This document shows, piece by piece, positions 1 to 10,761 of a stretch of 64,000 nt of DNA. The DNA lies in assembly GCA_963713485.1 (NCBI GenBank), contig CAVQLW010000010.1, positions 17,376 through 81,375 of the forward strand, given 5' to 3'. A model generated the notes under the pieces. The model was not told the origin of the DNA and made no database searches. It saw only the letters and a list, made by a program, of their open reading frames with translations. This DNA is from Candidatus Dormiibacterota bacterium. Lineage in GTDB: Bacteria > Chloroflexota > Dormibacteria > Aeolococcales > Aeolococcaceae. Numbering within the stretch: the stretch's first letter is position 1; every line of letters begins with the position of its first letter. Both the position numbers and the translations under genes were made by a program.

Positions 1-641
1 CGAAGGAATCCACGGCGAAGTCCTGGAGGATCAGCTCGAGTGCGAAGAAGACGCCCGCGATCGGCGCGTTGAAGGTCGCCGAAATCCCCGCCGCGGTGCC
101 GCAGGCGACGAGCAGGCGCAGCCGGGTCTCGGAGACGTGGAGCATCTGCCCGATCGACGATCCGAGTGCCGAGCCGATCTGCACGATCGGTCCCTCGCGA
201 CCGACCGAGCCGCCGGCGCCGATGCAGATGGCGGAGGCGAGCGATTTGACCACCGCGACCTGCGGCCGGATCCGGCCACCGCGCTCAGCGACCGCGAGCA
301 TCACCTCGGGGACGCCATGACCCCGAGCCTCGGGAGCGAAGCGCTGGATGAGCGGGCCGTAGATGAGTCCGCCGACCACCGGAGCAAGGACGACGAACCA
401 GATCCCAAGCCACGGCACGTAGCGGATTGATCGCGTGGCCGGCGGCACTGTAGTCGTTGTGTCCCGAGAAGAGCAGGGTGAACCAGCGAATCAGATCGCG
501 GAACACGATCGCGCCGAGCCCGCCGCCGGCGCCCACCACCAACGCGATCGCGATCGTCCCGGCGGGGGTTCCACGCAGCCGGTCCACCACCCGGCGGCGG
601 ATGCCGCGCGGGAGGTGCACCTTGAGCGCGCGCGACCTCAT
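1..641 (-). CDS. ClC family chloride channel/H+ antiporter, N-terminal part (runs off window; apparent frameshift ~422)
   Basis: After a 1-nt shift near 422 the frame reads YVPWLGIWFVVLAPVVGGLIYGP...ARGHGVPEV...GGSVGREGPIVQIG...FNAP, which are ClC signature motifs; ATG overlaps the TetR stop (ATGA at 638-641). Confidence 0.85.
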
Positions 642-1241
642 CCCTCGTCGTTGCTGAGCCCGGCGAAGATCGCCGCAAGCACCCGTGCGATGTTGTTCCA
701 GCGAAACCCCGACGGATCGAGCGAGCTGTGCAACGTCAGGCCGTCGCCGAGGGCGAGGAGCACCGAGGCGAAGGCATTGGCCGGCAGCGGCGCGAGCTCG
801 CCGCCCTGCACGGCGTCGTCGATCCATCCCCGCAACATCGCCCGGCGGCGCTCGACGGCCCCGACCATCCGCTCGCGAATCATGGGCTCGGTGATGATCG
901 CGGCCCAGAGATCGGACCGCACCTGAACGCGCGCCTGGTCGGTACCCCGTGCGCACATCTCGCGGGCGAAGCTGCGCAGGCGCTCGACGTTGGAGACGTT
1001 CCGGTCGGCGAGGGTCGCCAGCACGCCGTCGAGCTCCGCGGCGTCCTCCTCGAGAAGCGCCACGAGGAGATCCTGCTTCGAGTTCGAAATATCCGTAGAA
1101 GGCACCCTTGCTGACCTCGGCCTCGGCGCAGATGTCGTCCACGGTGAGGTCCCGGTACCCCATGCGGCCGGCGCAGCGCCAGGCTGCGTCGATGAGTTGC
1201 TGCCGGCGTTCCGAACGTGCCGCGGAGGAGATGCGAGGCAT
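638..1241 (-). CDS. TetR/AcrR family transcriptional regulator (apparent frameshift ~1080)
   Basis: N-terminal HTH LTVDDICAEAEVSKGAFYGYF continues in another frame as SKQDLLVALLEE...ALGDGL (TetR C-terminal domain). Confidence 0.85.
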
Positions 1242-1261
1242 GGGAATCATGCTACCATGGT

Positions 1262-1290
1262 GGAAACCGACCCGTTGGTTTCCTTACAAT
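1262..1290. promoter_or_regulatory. Probable TetR operator (inverted repeat) next to a -10-like TACAAT
   Basis: GGAAACCGAC-CC-GTTGGTTTCC (arms match 9/10) at 1262-1283 between divergent tetR and ABC genes; TACAAT at 1285-1290. Confidence 0.6.
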
Positions 1291-1425
1291 CGGGTTCTCC
1301 CTCCCATGGACGGGTGGCAACGAGCCACCCGCTCCCCCTCGCGGGAGATGACTGAGGACACAGCGTTGCGCACTGGCCCACAGGCCGACCATGCCGGCAG
1401 CCGCCGGTAGCTGCCACCAGCGCGT

Positions 1426-2349
1426 GTGGCTGGCGTGAGCGCCATCGTTTCCGTTGATGGGCTGACCAAGACCTTCGGACCGCATCGCGGGGTCGAGGAG
1501 CTCCGATTCGAGGTAGGCGAAGGCGAGATCTTCGGCTTCCTCGGTCCAAATGGAGCGGGCAAGTCCACGACGATCCGCATGCTGACCGGGCTGTCGCACC
1601 CGACCGCGGGCGCGGCGACCGTTTTCGGCCTCGACCCGATCGGCGATGCCGTTGCCTTGCATCGCCGCATCGGATACCTCCCGGGGGAGCTGGCACTCCA
1701 TCCCCGTCTCACCGGCCGGGAGCACGTGGACTTCGCGGCACGCGCTCGAGGGATGCACGATCGGATCCTCCTCGATCAGCTCGTCGAGCGGTTCCAGGTC
1801 GATCTCGAGCGCCCGGCGCGCACGCTCTCGAAGGGCAATCGGCAAAAGGTCGGCATCGTGCTGGCGCTGATGCACCGCCCCGAGTTGCTCATCCTCGACG
1901 AGCCGACCTCGGGACTCGACCCGCTCATGCAGGACGAATTCGAACGCCTGCTGCGGGAGACCGTTGCCGAGGGACGCACCGTGTTCCTCTCCTCCCACGA
2001 GCTCGACGAGGTCCAGCGGGTCGTCGACCGAGTCGCCATCATCAAGGAAGGCAGGCTCGTGGTCGTCGATACGGTGGATGGGCTGCGCAGCAACGCGCCG
2101 CGCACCATCGAATTTCGCTTCCCGACGAGAGTCGATCCGGAGCAGTTCGCGTCGCTCGCCGGCGTTCGGGTCGTGGCGGCAGATGGGACCGGCGTGACCC
2201 TCGCGTTCCATGGCGCCGTTGCACCGCTCCTACGTGTCGCCGCAGCACACGATCCCCTCGATGTCATCGCGCGTCCGGCTGATCTCGACGAGCTGTTTCT
2301 CTCGTATTACCGCGGCGACGGTGAACGCGAGGGGGTCGATGCGAACTGA
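1426..2349 (+). CDS. ABC-2 type exporter ATP-binding protein
   Basis: Walker A GPNGAGKST, signature LSKGNRQK, Walker B LILDEPT, H-loop SSH. Confidence 0.95.
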   Translation: MAGVSAIVSVDGLTKTFGPHRGVEELRFEVGEGEIFGFLGPNGAGKSTTIRMLTGLSHPTAGAATVFGLDPIGDAVALHRRIGYLPGELALHPRLTGREHVDFAARARGMHDRILLDQLVERFQVDLERPARTLSKGNRQKVGIVLALMHRPELLILDEPTSGLDPLMQDEFERLLRETVAEGRTVFLSSHELDEVQRVVDRVAIIKEGRLVVVDTVDGLRSNAPRTIEFRFPTRVDPEQFASLAGVRVVAADGTGVTLAFHGAVAPLLRVAAAHDPLDVIARPADLDELFLSYYRGDGEREGVDAN

Positions 2350-3127
2350 GGTTTCCCGTCTCGATCTTCGTCTGCGGCGACGGCTGCTGCTCAGCTACAC
2401 CGTCGGAATGGCGCTGTATGCGCTCGTCATCGTGGTGCTCTACCCGTCGTTCAAGGACTCGACCAGCCTGAACCAGTTGACGAAGAACGGCTCGGCGGTC
2501 GCGGCGCTCTTCGGGGCGACGGGCTCCTTGACGTCGCCCACCGGCTGGCTCGACGCCAACATCTTCGAGAATTTCCTTCCGCTCATCATGCTGCTGACCA
2601 CCATTGGGTACGGCGCATCGTGCATCGCCGGGCAGGACGAGGACGGGACACTCGCCCTGGCGGTGACCCTGCCGGTTTCTCGGCAATCCATGGTCCTGCA
2701 GAAGGTGACCACCTTGGCGGTGCAGGCGATCGTCATCGGCGCGGTGACGATGGTGTGCGTGATCGCCGGCCGCGGGTTCGACCTCGCGATCCCGCTCGGC
2801 AATCTTGCCGGGCTGACACTGGGTGTGGTGCTGCTCGGGATCGACCTTGGTCTGCTGGCGCTTGCGGTCGGCTGCGCAACCGGGAGCCGGGGAACGGCGC
2901 TTGGCATCGCCGCCGCCGTCGCCGCTGTCTCGTACCTGATTGGTTCCCTTGCCCCGGTGGTTGACTGGATTCGACCGGCGAGGTTCGTGTCACTCTTCTA
3001 TTGGTCGGTGGGTGACCGGCAACTCGCCGATGGCATCAGCGTCTGGTCGGTGGTGGTGCTTCTGGCGGTCGGCATGGCCCTCGTCGTTGCCTCGGTGACT
3101 GGCGTTCGCCGGCTGGATGTCCGGTGA
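2339..3127 (+). CDS. ABC-2 type exporter permease
   Basis: About 6 hydrophobic segments, IAGQDEDGTL...PVSR motif, overlaps the ATPase gene. Confidence 0.9.
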   Translation: MRTEVSRLDLRLRRRLLLSYTVGMALYALVIVVLYPSFKDSTSLNQLTKNGSAVAALFGATGSLTSPTGWLDANIFENFLPLIMLLTTIGYGASCIAGQDEDGTLALAVTLPVSRQSMVLQKVTTLAVQAIVIGAVTMVCVIAGRGFDLAIPLGNLAGLTLGVVLLGIDLGLLALAVGCATGSRGTALGIAAAVAAVSYLIGSLAPVVDWIRPARFVSLFYWSVGDRQLADGISVWSVVVLLAVGMALVVASVTGVRRLDVR

Positions 3128-3138
3128 CGGTGTGCCGC

Positions 3139-4380
3139 TCAGTCGCGGCCCCGCTGCACGCTCATCGTCATCCCTGCGTCCCGCAGTCGCTCGACGAGCC
3201 GCATTCCCATAGCGGTCGCAGGAGTCAGCACACCGGTGCGGCCGGGGAGGTGCGTCTCGTCTTCAGCCAGACAGAGGGCAGCCTCACCGAGCATCACCGA
3301 CGTCGCCGCATATCCGGGATCACCACTGGCAGCCACACGGCTGACATATCGCGTTCCGTTCGACGCTCGAGCGTGGATGTCGATCCGGAAGCGACCGGCC
3401 TGGCGGGCCTGCTCGCTCGGGCCCTCGCCCGGTGCGGGCAGCACCCTGTCAAGGAGTGCCCGGGATGGCCCGAACGTGAGGCCGGCCGCGAGGCCGCCGA
3501 TCGCGGCCGTCATCGCGGCTGCCTTCACCGGGGCGGTGGCACCGGCGCCGAACCCGAAGACCTCGCGATACCGGAAGTGCCGTCCGTACGCCCATCCCTG
3601 CAGCGCGTTGCTGCGACGCACCACGCGCGTGTTCGTGCCGGCCATGAGAAACGGGCCGATCCACATGTTCAAATCGTTGTCGCGGCGCACGGTCATCAGA
3701 TCGCGTTCGTCGCCGAGCTCCGGCTCCTCGGAGCGGTCGGGACTCAGCGCATACGGGTCAGCCACGATCCGCCGAATGCGGGGGTCGCCACGGACCTCCT
3801 GAAGCTGCACCCTCATCGAATCGATGGTGCCGCCGCTCAAGCTTCCTTTGAGGGTTCGCACGACGAGCGTGGTGTCCTCGAGGTCGCCGGCGCCATCCGC
3901 CTGCGCGGCCTCGTGGAGCAGCAGGACGCCAAGGTCGGACGGGATGGAGTCGAACCCGCATGCGTGCACGATGCGGACACCGTTCCGCGCCGCGCTGTCG
4001 TGGCATGTGTCGATGCTGTCGCGCATGAACGCCACCTCGCCGGTGAGGTCGGCATAGTGCGTTCGCGCCTCAGTGCACGCAACGACGAGCGGCATCCCGT
4101 CCCTGCGGTATGGGCCCACCGTCGTCGCCACCACCTGTGTGCGTGCGGCGAGGCGCGTGAGCGACGCCGAGTCACCCGCGTCGGCCACGATGATCGGCCA
4201 CGCCGCAGCCCTCGGACCGAGGCCGGCGCGCACCGTGGTGAGCCGCTCCTGCGACCGTCCCGCGAGCCCGACTCGCACTCCGTCGGGAGCGTGATGGGCG
4301 AGGTACTCGGCAACCAGCCGGCCCACGAACCCGGTGGCGCCGAACACGACGACGTCGAGCTCCCGCTGGCCGGTCGTCAT
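3139..4380 (-). CDS. Saccharopine dehydrogenase-like / trans-acting enoyl reductase family
   Basis: VVFGATGFVG Rossmann motif, TTVGPY, HYADLTGE, CGFDSIPSDLG, GDPGYAATS, GVLTPA. Confidence 0.9.
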   Translation of the reverse strand: MTTGQRELDVVVFGATGFVGRLVAEYLAHHAPDGVRVGLAGRSQERLTTVRAGLGPRAAAWPIIVADAGDSASLTRLAARTQVVATTVGPYRRDGMPLVVACTEARTHYADLTGEVAFMRDSIDTCHDSAARNGVRIVHACGFDSIPSDLGVLLLHEAAQADGAGDLEDTTLVVRTLKGSLSGGTIDSMRVQLQEVRGDPRIRRIVADPYALSPDRSEEPELGDERDLMTVRRDNDLNMWIGPFLMAGTNTRVVRRSNALQGWAYGRHFRYREVFGFGAGATAPVKAAAMTAAIGGLAAGLTFGPSRALLDRVLPAPGEGPSEQARQAGRFRIDIHARASNGTRYVSRVAASGDPGYAATSVMLGEAALCLAEDETHLPGRTGVLTPATAMGMRLVERLRDAGMTMSVQRGRD

Positions 4381-5117
4381 GGCCAGGCCGGGCTCAGCAG
4401 CAGGTTCGTGAGCCGCTCGACGCGTGTCCCATCGATGCCGATGCTCTGCAGCAACGATGCAGGCCCACCGTGCTCTGCATCGACGTGCTCCATCGTCTCC
4501 ACCATCGCCTCACGGCGCACGGTGAAGAGGCGCTCCACGCGCACCGCATCCATACCACGCTCGACGGCGGTGATGCGGTCTCGGGCGAGCATGTCGGCGA
4601 GCTGGATACCGCTGATCGCGTAGTCGTCGGCGATGGCGTCGATGCTCATTCCCGCGAGGCGCAACACCAGTGCGACGATCACGCCGGTGCGGTCCTTGCC
4701 GGCGTGGCAGTGCACGAGAATCGGAGCGGACGGGGCATCGGCGATCGCGGTCATCGCTCGCGCGATGCCTGCGGACCGTTCGTGGAGCCACCAGCAGTAC
4801 ACCTCGGCTGCGGTGCTGAGGTGATCGGGATAGTCCTCGTCATCCGTGAAGATCGGTGCGTGCAGATGGTGGACGCCCGCGTCCACCAGCGGGCTCGGCC
4901 GCCGCTCACGCTCGGAATCCGTCCGCAGGTCGACCACCGCGCCGATGCCGAGGTCGAGGAGGGCACGCAGCCCCGCGTCGGTCAGCGTATGGGGTGATTC
5001 ACTGCGGAGCAGCCGGCCGGGTTGCGTGGTGAGCCCGGATGCAGTCGAGAGGCCGCCGAGGTCGCGCAGATTCACAAGCCCGTCGATGACGAGCGGATCG
5101 AATCGTTGTGAGATCAC
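4377..5117 (-). CDS. Tyrosine/lipid phosphatase (PtpB-like)
   Basis: NLRDLGG, DLRT..ER, active site HCHAGKDRTG, DY motif. Confidence 0.92.
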   Translation of the reverse strand: MISQRFDPLVIDGLVNLRDLGGLSTASGLTTQPGRLLRSESPHTLTDAGLRALLDLGIGAVVDLRTDSERERRPSPLVDAGVHHLHAPIFTDDEDYPDHLSTAAEVYCWWLHERSAGIARAMTAIADAPSAPILVHCHAGKDRTGVIVALVLRLAGMSIDAIADDYAISGIQLADMLARDRITAVERGMDAVRVERLFTVRREAMVETMEHVDAEHGGPASLLQSIGIDGTRVERLTNLLLSPAWP

Positions 5118-5171
5118 CTCACAACCCTACCAAGGCCCGCGTCGAGCGCGGTCGCGGGCGGCGCCGCTCGC

Positions 5172-6335
5172 TCAGCGGTTGGCGCGGAGATACACGGCAA
5201 GTGTGGTCAGCGCTGCGAGGGCGCAGAGGCCACCAACCAATACGAAAGGAAGTGTGAACCCGACCACATCTGCAACGCGAGCAACGAGGAATGCGCCCGT
5301 GGCCCCGCCCGCCGCCCATGCGGCATTCATCGTCCCCACAGCCACCGCGTGGCCTGACTCACCCGCGGCTGCGCCGTCGGTCACCATCGCAGCGCTTGGC
5401 GTCCACAGCCCTGAGGCCATGGAGCTCGCAAGGATTGTCGCCAGGGCAAGCACTGAGAGCACGGCAACTTCGGGTAACAATGGCAGCACCACTGCCGCCA
5501 CGGCGAAGCCGGCGACTGCCGGGAGCTGCCGTCCGAATCGGTCGGCCAGACGTCCCAGGAGGACGTTCCAACCCGATGCGAGCACGTAGCTCGACGCAAG
5601 GATGATCGCGATCGTCGCAGGTGACCCGCCGCGACGAGTGACCAACAACGGCACGAGACTCGCGACGGTCCCATTCACCACGCCGATGGTCGCCAGCAGG
5701 CCGTTCCCCAGCGCAGCGGGTCCGTTCCGAAGCAGCGTCGCAACCGCATGCAACGAACCCCGAGTCCTGGTTGCTCGTGCGGGAGCCGCCGGAGCGCTCG
5801 CGGCCATGAGGGCGAGCAGCACCGCGATCCCAGTGAACACGGTACCGCGCCCGACCTGCGATGCGACCGCGCCGATCGCCGGACCGAGCACCATTCCGAT
5901 CAGCGCCGCGCCGACTGCGCCCCCGAGGACGGACGCGCGCCGGCCGGCAGGCGCTGTGCTGGTGAGCCACGAGAGCGCCGCGGCCCACGAAACGGCGCCG
6001 CCCACCCCCTGGATGAGGCGTGAGAGATCCAACAACACGGGTGCCGAGCTCCAGGCGAAGCCGACGGTTGCCACCATCAGCAGCCCGAGACCGATGACCG
6101 CCGTGGTGCGGACGCCACGAGCATTCACGAGCGCCATCGACGGCACCGCAGCAAGTAGGATCCCCGCCGGATACGCTGCAACAAGAATCCCGACCTCTGT
6201 CGTGGTCATGTGTGTCTCGCGCACGAGGAGCGGCACCAGCGGCGGGACCACCGCATAGAACGCGGACTCGCACAGCACGACCCCGCTGACGAACAGAGTC
6301 AGACGTCGTGAGGGACGGAACGTCGCGGTGATCAC
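5172..6335 (-). CDS. MFS transporter
   Basis: About 12 TM segments, motif-A-like GRLADRFGR. Confidence 0.88.
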   Translation of the reverse strand: MITATFRPSRRLTLFVSGVVLCESAFYAVVPPLVPLLVRETHMTTTEVGILVAAYPAGILLAAVPSMALVNARGVRTTAVIGLGLLMVATVGFAWSSAPVLLDLSRLIQGVGGAVSWAAALSWLTSTAPAGRRASVLGGAVGAALIGMVLGPAIGAVASQVGRGTVFTGIAVLLALMAASAPAAPARATRTRGSLHAVATLLRNGPAALGNGLLATIGVVNGTVASLVPLLVTRRGGSPATIAIILASSYVLASGWNVLLGRLADRFGRQLPAVAGFAVAAVVLPLLPEVAVLSVLALATILASSMASGLWTPSAAMVTDGAAAGESGHAVAVGTMNAAWAAGGATGAFLVARVADVVGFTLPFVLVGGLCALAALTTLAVYLRANR

Positions 6336-6427
6336 CGGACGCTCACCAGCATGAGGCAGCCCCTCGGCGACGTCTCCGTCTGCCGAGTCCTGTTGACCGG
6401 ACGGGCGAGGATCGTGATGTACCAGCC

Positions 6428-7225
6428 CTACGTATGCTCGACGGACGCATCGTGTCGAAGTCGCGTACCCTTTCGCTCCAGGCCGAGAATCTCACGACTC
6501 CGTGGCAAGGTCGGTGATGCGAACATCGTTGCCGTCGGCCCTTCCTCGATGATCCTGCGGTTGTCCATGACGATGACCCGGTCCGCGCAGGTTCGCGCGA
6601 AATCCAGCTCGTGCGTGACGACCACCATCGTCATCCCCTGCGTCGCGAGGTCGGCCATGATGTCGAGAACCTCGCCGACCATCTCCCAGTCGAGCGACGA
6701 GGTCGGCTCATCGAAGAGGATCACGTCAGGTGACATCGCCAGTGATCGAGCGATCGCGACGCGCTGCTGCTGACCGCCAGACAGCGTCCGAGGACGGGCG
6801 TTGGCGAAGTCCTTCAGCCCCACACGCTCGAGCAACGCCAGGGCACGCTGGTTCGCCTCCTCCTTCGGCAGGTGCAGCACCTTCCTCGGGCCGAGCGTGA
6901 CGTTCTGGCACGCGGTGAGGTGGGGAAACAGCTCGAATTGCTGGAAGACCATGGACACGTGGCTGCGGTACTTGGTCACGTCGATGCGCTTGTTGCCGGC
7001 GGACGGCCATTCGCCGACGAGGTCTCCGCGGAAGAAGAGCGCTCCGCGGGTCGGCTCGACGAGCAGATTCAGGCATCGAAGAAAGGTCGTCTTTCCGGAC
7101 CCACTCGGTCCGAGGATGCACACCGTCTCGCCCTTCCCGATGGAGAAGTTGACCTCCTCGAGCACCGAGCTGCGCCCGAAGCTCTTGGACAGGTCTCTGA
7201 CCGTGAGCACCTGATCTTCGGCCAT
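6428..7225 (-). CDS. Polar amino acid ABC transporter ATP-binding protein (GlnQ-like)
   Basis: GPSGSGKTT, MVFQQFELFPHLT, LSGGQQQRVAIAR, FDEPTS. Confidence 0.95.
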   Translation of the reverse strand: MAEDQVLTVRDLSKSFGRSSVLEEVNFSIGKGETVCILGPSGSGKTTFLRCLNLLVEPTRGALFFRGDLVGEWPSAGNKRIDVTKYRSHVSMVFQQFELFPHLTACQNVTLGPRKVLHLPKEEANQRALALLERVGLKDFANARPRTLSGGQQQRVAIARSLAMSPDVILFDEPTSSLDWEMVGEVLDIMADLATQGMTMVVVTHELDFARTCADRVIVMDNRRIIEEGPTATMFASPTLPRSREILGLERKGTRLRHDASVEHT

Positions 7226-7289
7226 CAGCCGTCCACTCGAGCGCCGTCGCGCGCCACCCGAACGCGCGGATTGCCAGGCCGATCCACCG

Positions 7290-8097
7290 CTACAACGCGA
7301 CCATGCGGTTCACCAGCCGTCCGAGTGTCCCGACCTCGACCACCACCTCATCGCCGGGCTTCAACCACGGCTGATCGGGGCGTCCATCCGCCACGCCCTC
7401 CGGTGTGCCGGTGAAGATGACGTCTCCCGGGTCCAACGCGAAGTGACGGCTGATGTAGCTCACGAGCTCGGGCACGCTGAACACCATGTCACCGATCCGC
7501 GACGACTGACGGAGCTCACCGTTGACCGTGCATTGGATCGGCATGCTCTCGAGGTCGCCGGCCTCGTCGCGGCTCACCAGCCACGGGCCGATCGGGGCGA
7601 ACCGATCGAGGGTCTTGCCGAGAAGCCACTGGCTGGTCGCGGACTGCAGATCGCGAGCGCTCACGTCGTTCCCGTTGGCGTAGCCCCACACATAGTCGAG
7701 CGCACGCGCTTCAGTGACGTTGCGCGCCGTTCGGCCGATCACCGCGACCAACTCAGCCTCGTAGTCGTACTGCGTCGCCACCGACGGCAGCGGAATCTCG
7801 TCACCCGACGCCGCGAGCGTGTTCGGAAACTTCGAGAAGATGATCGGCGTCTGGGGAACCGGCATCCCCGAACTCAGCGGCGTGGCGCCGGTAGTTCAGC
7901 CCGATGCAGATGATCTTCCCCGGCCGGAGGACGCTCGGGGCCATGCGAAGGCGTTCGACATCGAGCGCATCGCCCGTCGGCCTCGGGGTCTGGCCGGCGA
8001 AGACGTCCTCGAGCTCGAGCCCGGCGTCCCGAACCTGGCCGTCGCTCTCCACCGCAAGCCGGGGTCCACCGTCGGTCTGGTAGTGCAGCAGTCTCAA
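7290..8097 (-). CDS. Fumarylacetoacetate hydrolase family protein (apparent frameshift ~7871)
   Basis: KIICIGLNYRRHAAE joined across one extra base to PIIFSK, DYEAEL, NDVSARD, GKTLDRFAPIGP, TGTPEGV; TTG start with GGAGG RBS. Confidence 0.9.
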
Positions 8098-8135
8098 GGC
8101 ATTCCTCCGATCTTCAAGAAGCGTTTGGGCTCCGC

Positions 8136-9212
8136 CTAGCGGACGTGGGCGATGACGCCCTCGGCGAACTGGCGCATCTGGGTCACCAGGTGGTCGACGG
8201 TGTGATAGATGAACTTCAACTCGAACGCGCCGCAACCGCTGCTCATGTATCTGCGCACGTCGTCGCGGATGTCGCCAACCGTCCCGACCAATGAGGTCGC
8301 CCAGGCCTGTGCGAGGAGGCTGGACTCAGCCCCGTCACCGCCGATGGATTCCTGCAGCTCCGCATGCACGGGCACGCCTGCATAGTGCTCATAGAGCACC
8401 TGGACCGTCAGTGCTGCCTGACGCCTCGCCTCCGTGGTCGAGTCGGCGATGAGCACTTCGATCTCGTTCATCACGGTCATCTCGGCCGGCTGGCGACCCC
8501 GCTCGGCCAGTTTGTCGTTGAGCCGGTCGATGGCGGCCGGCAGCCGGTCCGGTGGAATCGCCGACGTGATCCATCCGGTTGCATAGTCCGCCACCAGGTC
8601 AAGCGACGTGTCGGTTGATCCGCCGATCCAGACCCGTGGATGCGGCTTCTGGAGTGGCTTTGGGTAGACGGTCGCGGCAGGGAAGTTGACGTAGGTTCCG
8701 TCGAAGGACGGCGCATCCTCGGTCCAGATCCTGCGCATTGCCTCGAAGGTCTCGCGCGTTCGTTGGATCTTCTCCCTTCGAGGGATGCCAAGCACCTCGA
8801 ACTCCTCGTTGAGGGTGCTCTTGGCCGACCCCTGACCGATACCGAGCTCCAGCCTCCCACCACTCAGCACATCGATGCAGGCCAACTGCTTGGCGGTCAG
8901 GACGGGGTGGCGGTACGGGAGCACCAGGATCGCAGTGCCGATGTGGATCCGCTGCGTTGCGCCCGCGAGGAACGCGAGGTTCGTCAACGACTCGAAGAAG
9001 ATCGGCGGGTAGTCTTCTCCGGCTGCGTCGACCGCCTCCCGCGAGCCGCACGAGAGGTGCACGCGATCCAATGTCTTGTTCCAGATGAGGTAGTCGTGCA
9101 CCCAGAGCGAGTCGTAGCCAAGCAGCTCGGCCTCACGCGCGACGCGAAGCATCGCCTCGGGACTCGCCAGGGGACCGGCACACGGCAGACGGACGCCGAA
9201 GAGCACGTTCAT
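8136..9212 (-). CDS. LLM class flavin/F420-dependent oxidoreductase
   Basis: AELLGYDSLWVHDY, GTAILVLPYRHP, DVLSGGRLELGIG, PKPLQKPHPRVWIGG. Confidence 0.9.
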   Translation of the reverse strand: MNVLFGVRLPCAGPLASPEAMLRVAREAELLGYDSLWVHDYLIWNKTLDRVHLSCGSREAVDAAGEDYPPIFFESLTNLAFLAGATQRIHIGTAILVLPYRHPVLTAKQLACIDVLSGGRLELGIGQGSAKSTLNEEFEVLGIPRREKIQRTRETFEAMRRIWTEDAPSFDGTYVNFPAATVYPKPLQKPHPRVWIGGSTDTSLDLVADYATGWITSAIPPDRLPAAIDRLNDKLAERGRQPAEMTVMNEIEVLIADSTTEARRQAALTVQVLYEHYAGVPVHAELQESIGGDGAESSLLAQAWATSLVGTVGDIRDDVRRYMSSGCGAFELKFIYHTVDHLVTQMRQFAEGVIAHVR

Positions 9213-9306
9213 GGGTTCGATATTGATCCACCTTTCAATGCGGGACGAGCGGGTCCGATAGGCGATTTGAGTGCTCGAGCGGGACGTTGCGAGGAGGGAC
9301 TCATCG

Positions 9307-9957
9307 TCACGCGCGGGTCCGCGCCCGAACCCGCTTCTCGAGGGCCTTCACGGCTCGAGTCATCGGGACGGTTGCAACGATGTACAGCACCATGATGGCT
9401 ACCGCTGCCGGCGCGACCTGCCCGGTCGTCTCCATGTAATTACGGCCGCCGTAGAGGATCTCGGGCGCCCCCACCGCCGATGCGAGCGTTGCGGACTTCA
9501 TCAGCCCGACGAATGAATTCAAGAGCGGCGGCACCAGAAAGGGGATGACCTGTGGGATGACGACATGCCGTGTTACCTGCAGTCGCGTGAGCCCGAGGCT
9601 CATGCCGGCGTCCCGCTGGGTCGACGCGATCGTGAGGAATCCGGCGCGGAAGTACTCGGCGCTGAAGACGGCGTCGGCAATGCCGAGGCCGAGAATCGCG
9701 GCCGTCAGCGAGTCGAGGTTGATGCCGGCAGCGCCGAGGCCGAAGAAGAGGATGTACAGGATGATCAACTGTGGTACTGCACGGATGATCTCAACCGAGA
9801 TGGCGACCGGGAAGGTGATCAGCGGCTTGCCGGTGTCACGAGCGACCGCGAGGATGAGGCCGAGGATCGCCGACACCAACCAGGCGCCGACGCTGATCTC
9901 GATGGTGACCAGCGCTCCCGGCAGGATGTACGGAAGGATGTTCTGAACTACATCCAC
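9307..9957 (-). CDS. Amino acid ABC transporter permease
   Basis: HisM/GlnP-like; AEYFRAG...QRDAGMSLGL EAA loop. Confidence 0.9.
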   Translation of the reverse strand: MDVVQNILPYILPGALVTIEISVGAWLVSAILGLILAVARDTGKPLITFPVAISVEIIRAVPQLIILYILFFGLGAAGINLDSLTAAILGLGIADAVFSAEYFRAGFLTIASTQRDAGMSLGLTRLQVTRHVVIPQVIPFLVPPLLNSFVGLMKSATLASAVGAPEILYGGRNYMETTGQVAPAAVAIMVLYIVATVPMTRAVKALEKRVRARTRA

Positions 9958-9976
9958 GGCAGCATCCGTGCAGGGG

Positions 9977-10699
9977 TCATCCCGAGCGCCCCTCAGCCTG
10001 AATCGTGAGCTGATGCAGCACCTCCTCCTGCCCAACGCGGTAGGTCAGCCCCAGCCGCCGGCTGACGATGATCTCGAGGCGCTTCGAGATGAAGGAGAGC
10101 GGGAGGATCAGCGCGATGTAGAGCAGCGCGACCATCGTGTACACCTGAATCGGCTTAAATGTCTCGGCGATGAGCTGATTCGCGACGAGTGTGATCTCGC
10201 TCACGGCGATCAGGGAGACGAGCGAACTGTCCTTGATGATCGCGATCGCCATGTTGAGCGTGATCGGCACGGCAGGCGGCAGGGCCTGCGGAAGGATGAC
10301 CTGCCGCACCGTGGACATCCAGCCGAGCCCGATGCTCGATGCCGCATCCCACTGCTGCTGCCGGATCGACTGCAGCGAGCCGCGATAGAGCTCCGCGAGA
10401 TACGCACCTTCAATGAGTGTGAGCACGCCGACGGCCGTCTCGAAGGGACTGATGCCGAGCGAGGTGAGCTGAGCGCCGAGACCGTAGTAGACGGAGATCG
10501 CAAGGGCGAGGATCGGGATGCTTCTGAAGACATCGACGTAGACCGTCGCAAAGATCCGAAGCACGCGCAGCGGCGAGATGCTCATCAGTGCAAGGACACC
10601 GGCGAGCAGGATCGAGAGGACCAGCGTCGCTGCGGCGAGCTCGATGGTCACCACCAGGCCACCAGCGAGGATGGCAAGCCACCCGGCTAGTTCATGCAC
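9977..10699 (-). CDS. Amino acid ABC transporter permease
   Basis: FRSIP, AYLAELYRG...QWDAASSIGL, IKDSSL. Confidence 0.92.
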   Translation of the reverse strand: MHELAGWLAILAGGLVVTIELAAATLVLSILLAGVLALMSISPLRVLRIFATVYVDVFRSIPILALAISVYYGLGAQLTSLGISPFETAVGVLTLIEGAYLAELYRGSLQSIRQQQWDAASSIGLGWMSTVRQVILPQALPPAVPITLNMAIAIIKDSSLVSLIAVSEITLVANQLIAETFKPIQVYTMVALLYIALILPLSFISKRLEIIVSRRLGLTYRVGQEEVLHQLTIQAEGRSG

Positions 10700-10761
10700 T
10701 GTCGCCTCCTGCCGGTAGTTCGACCTCCGCGATCAGCTTCCCAGGCCTGCGCGGACCATCG

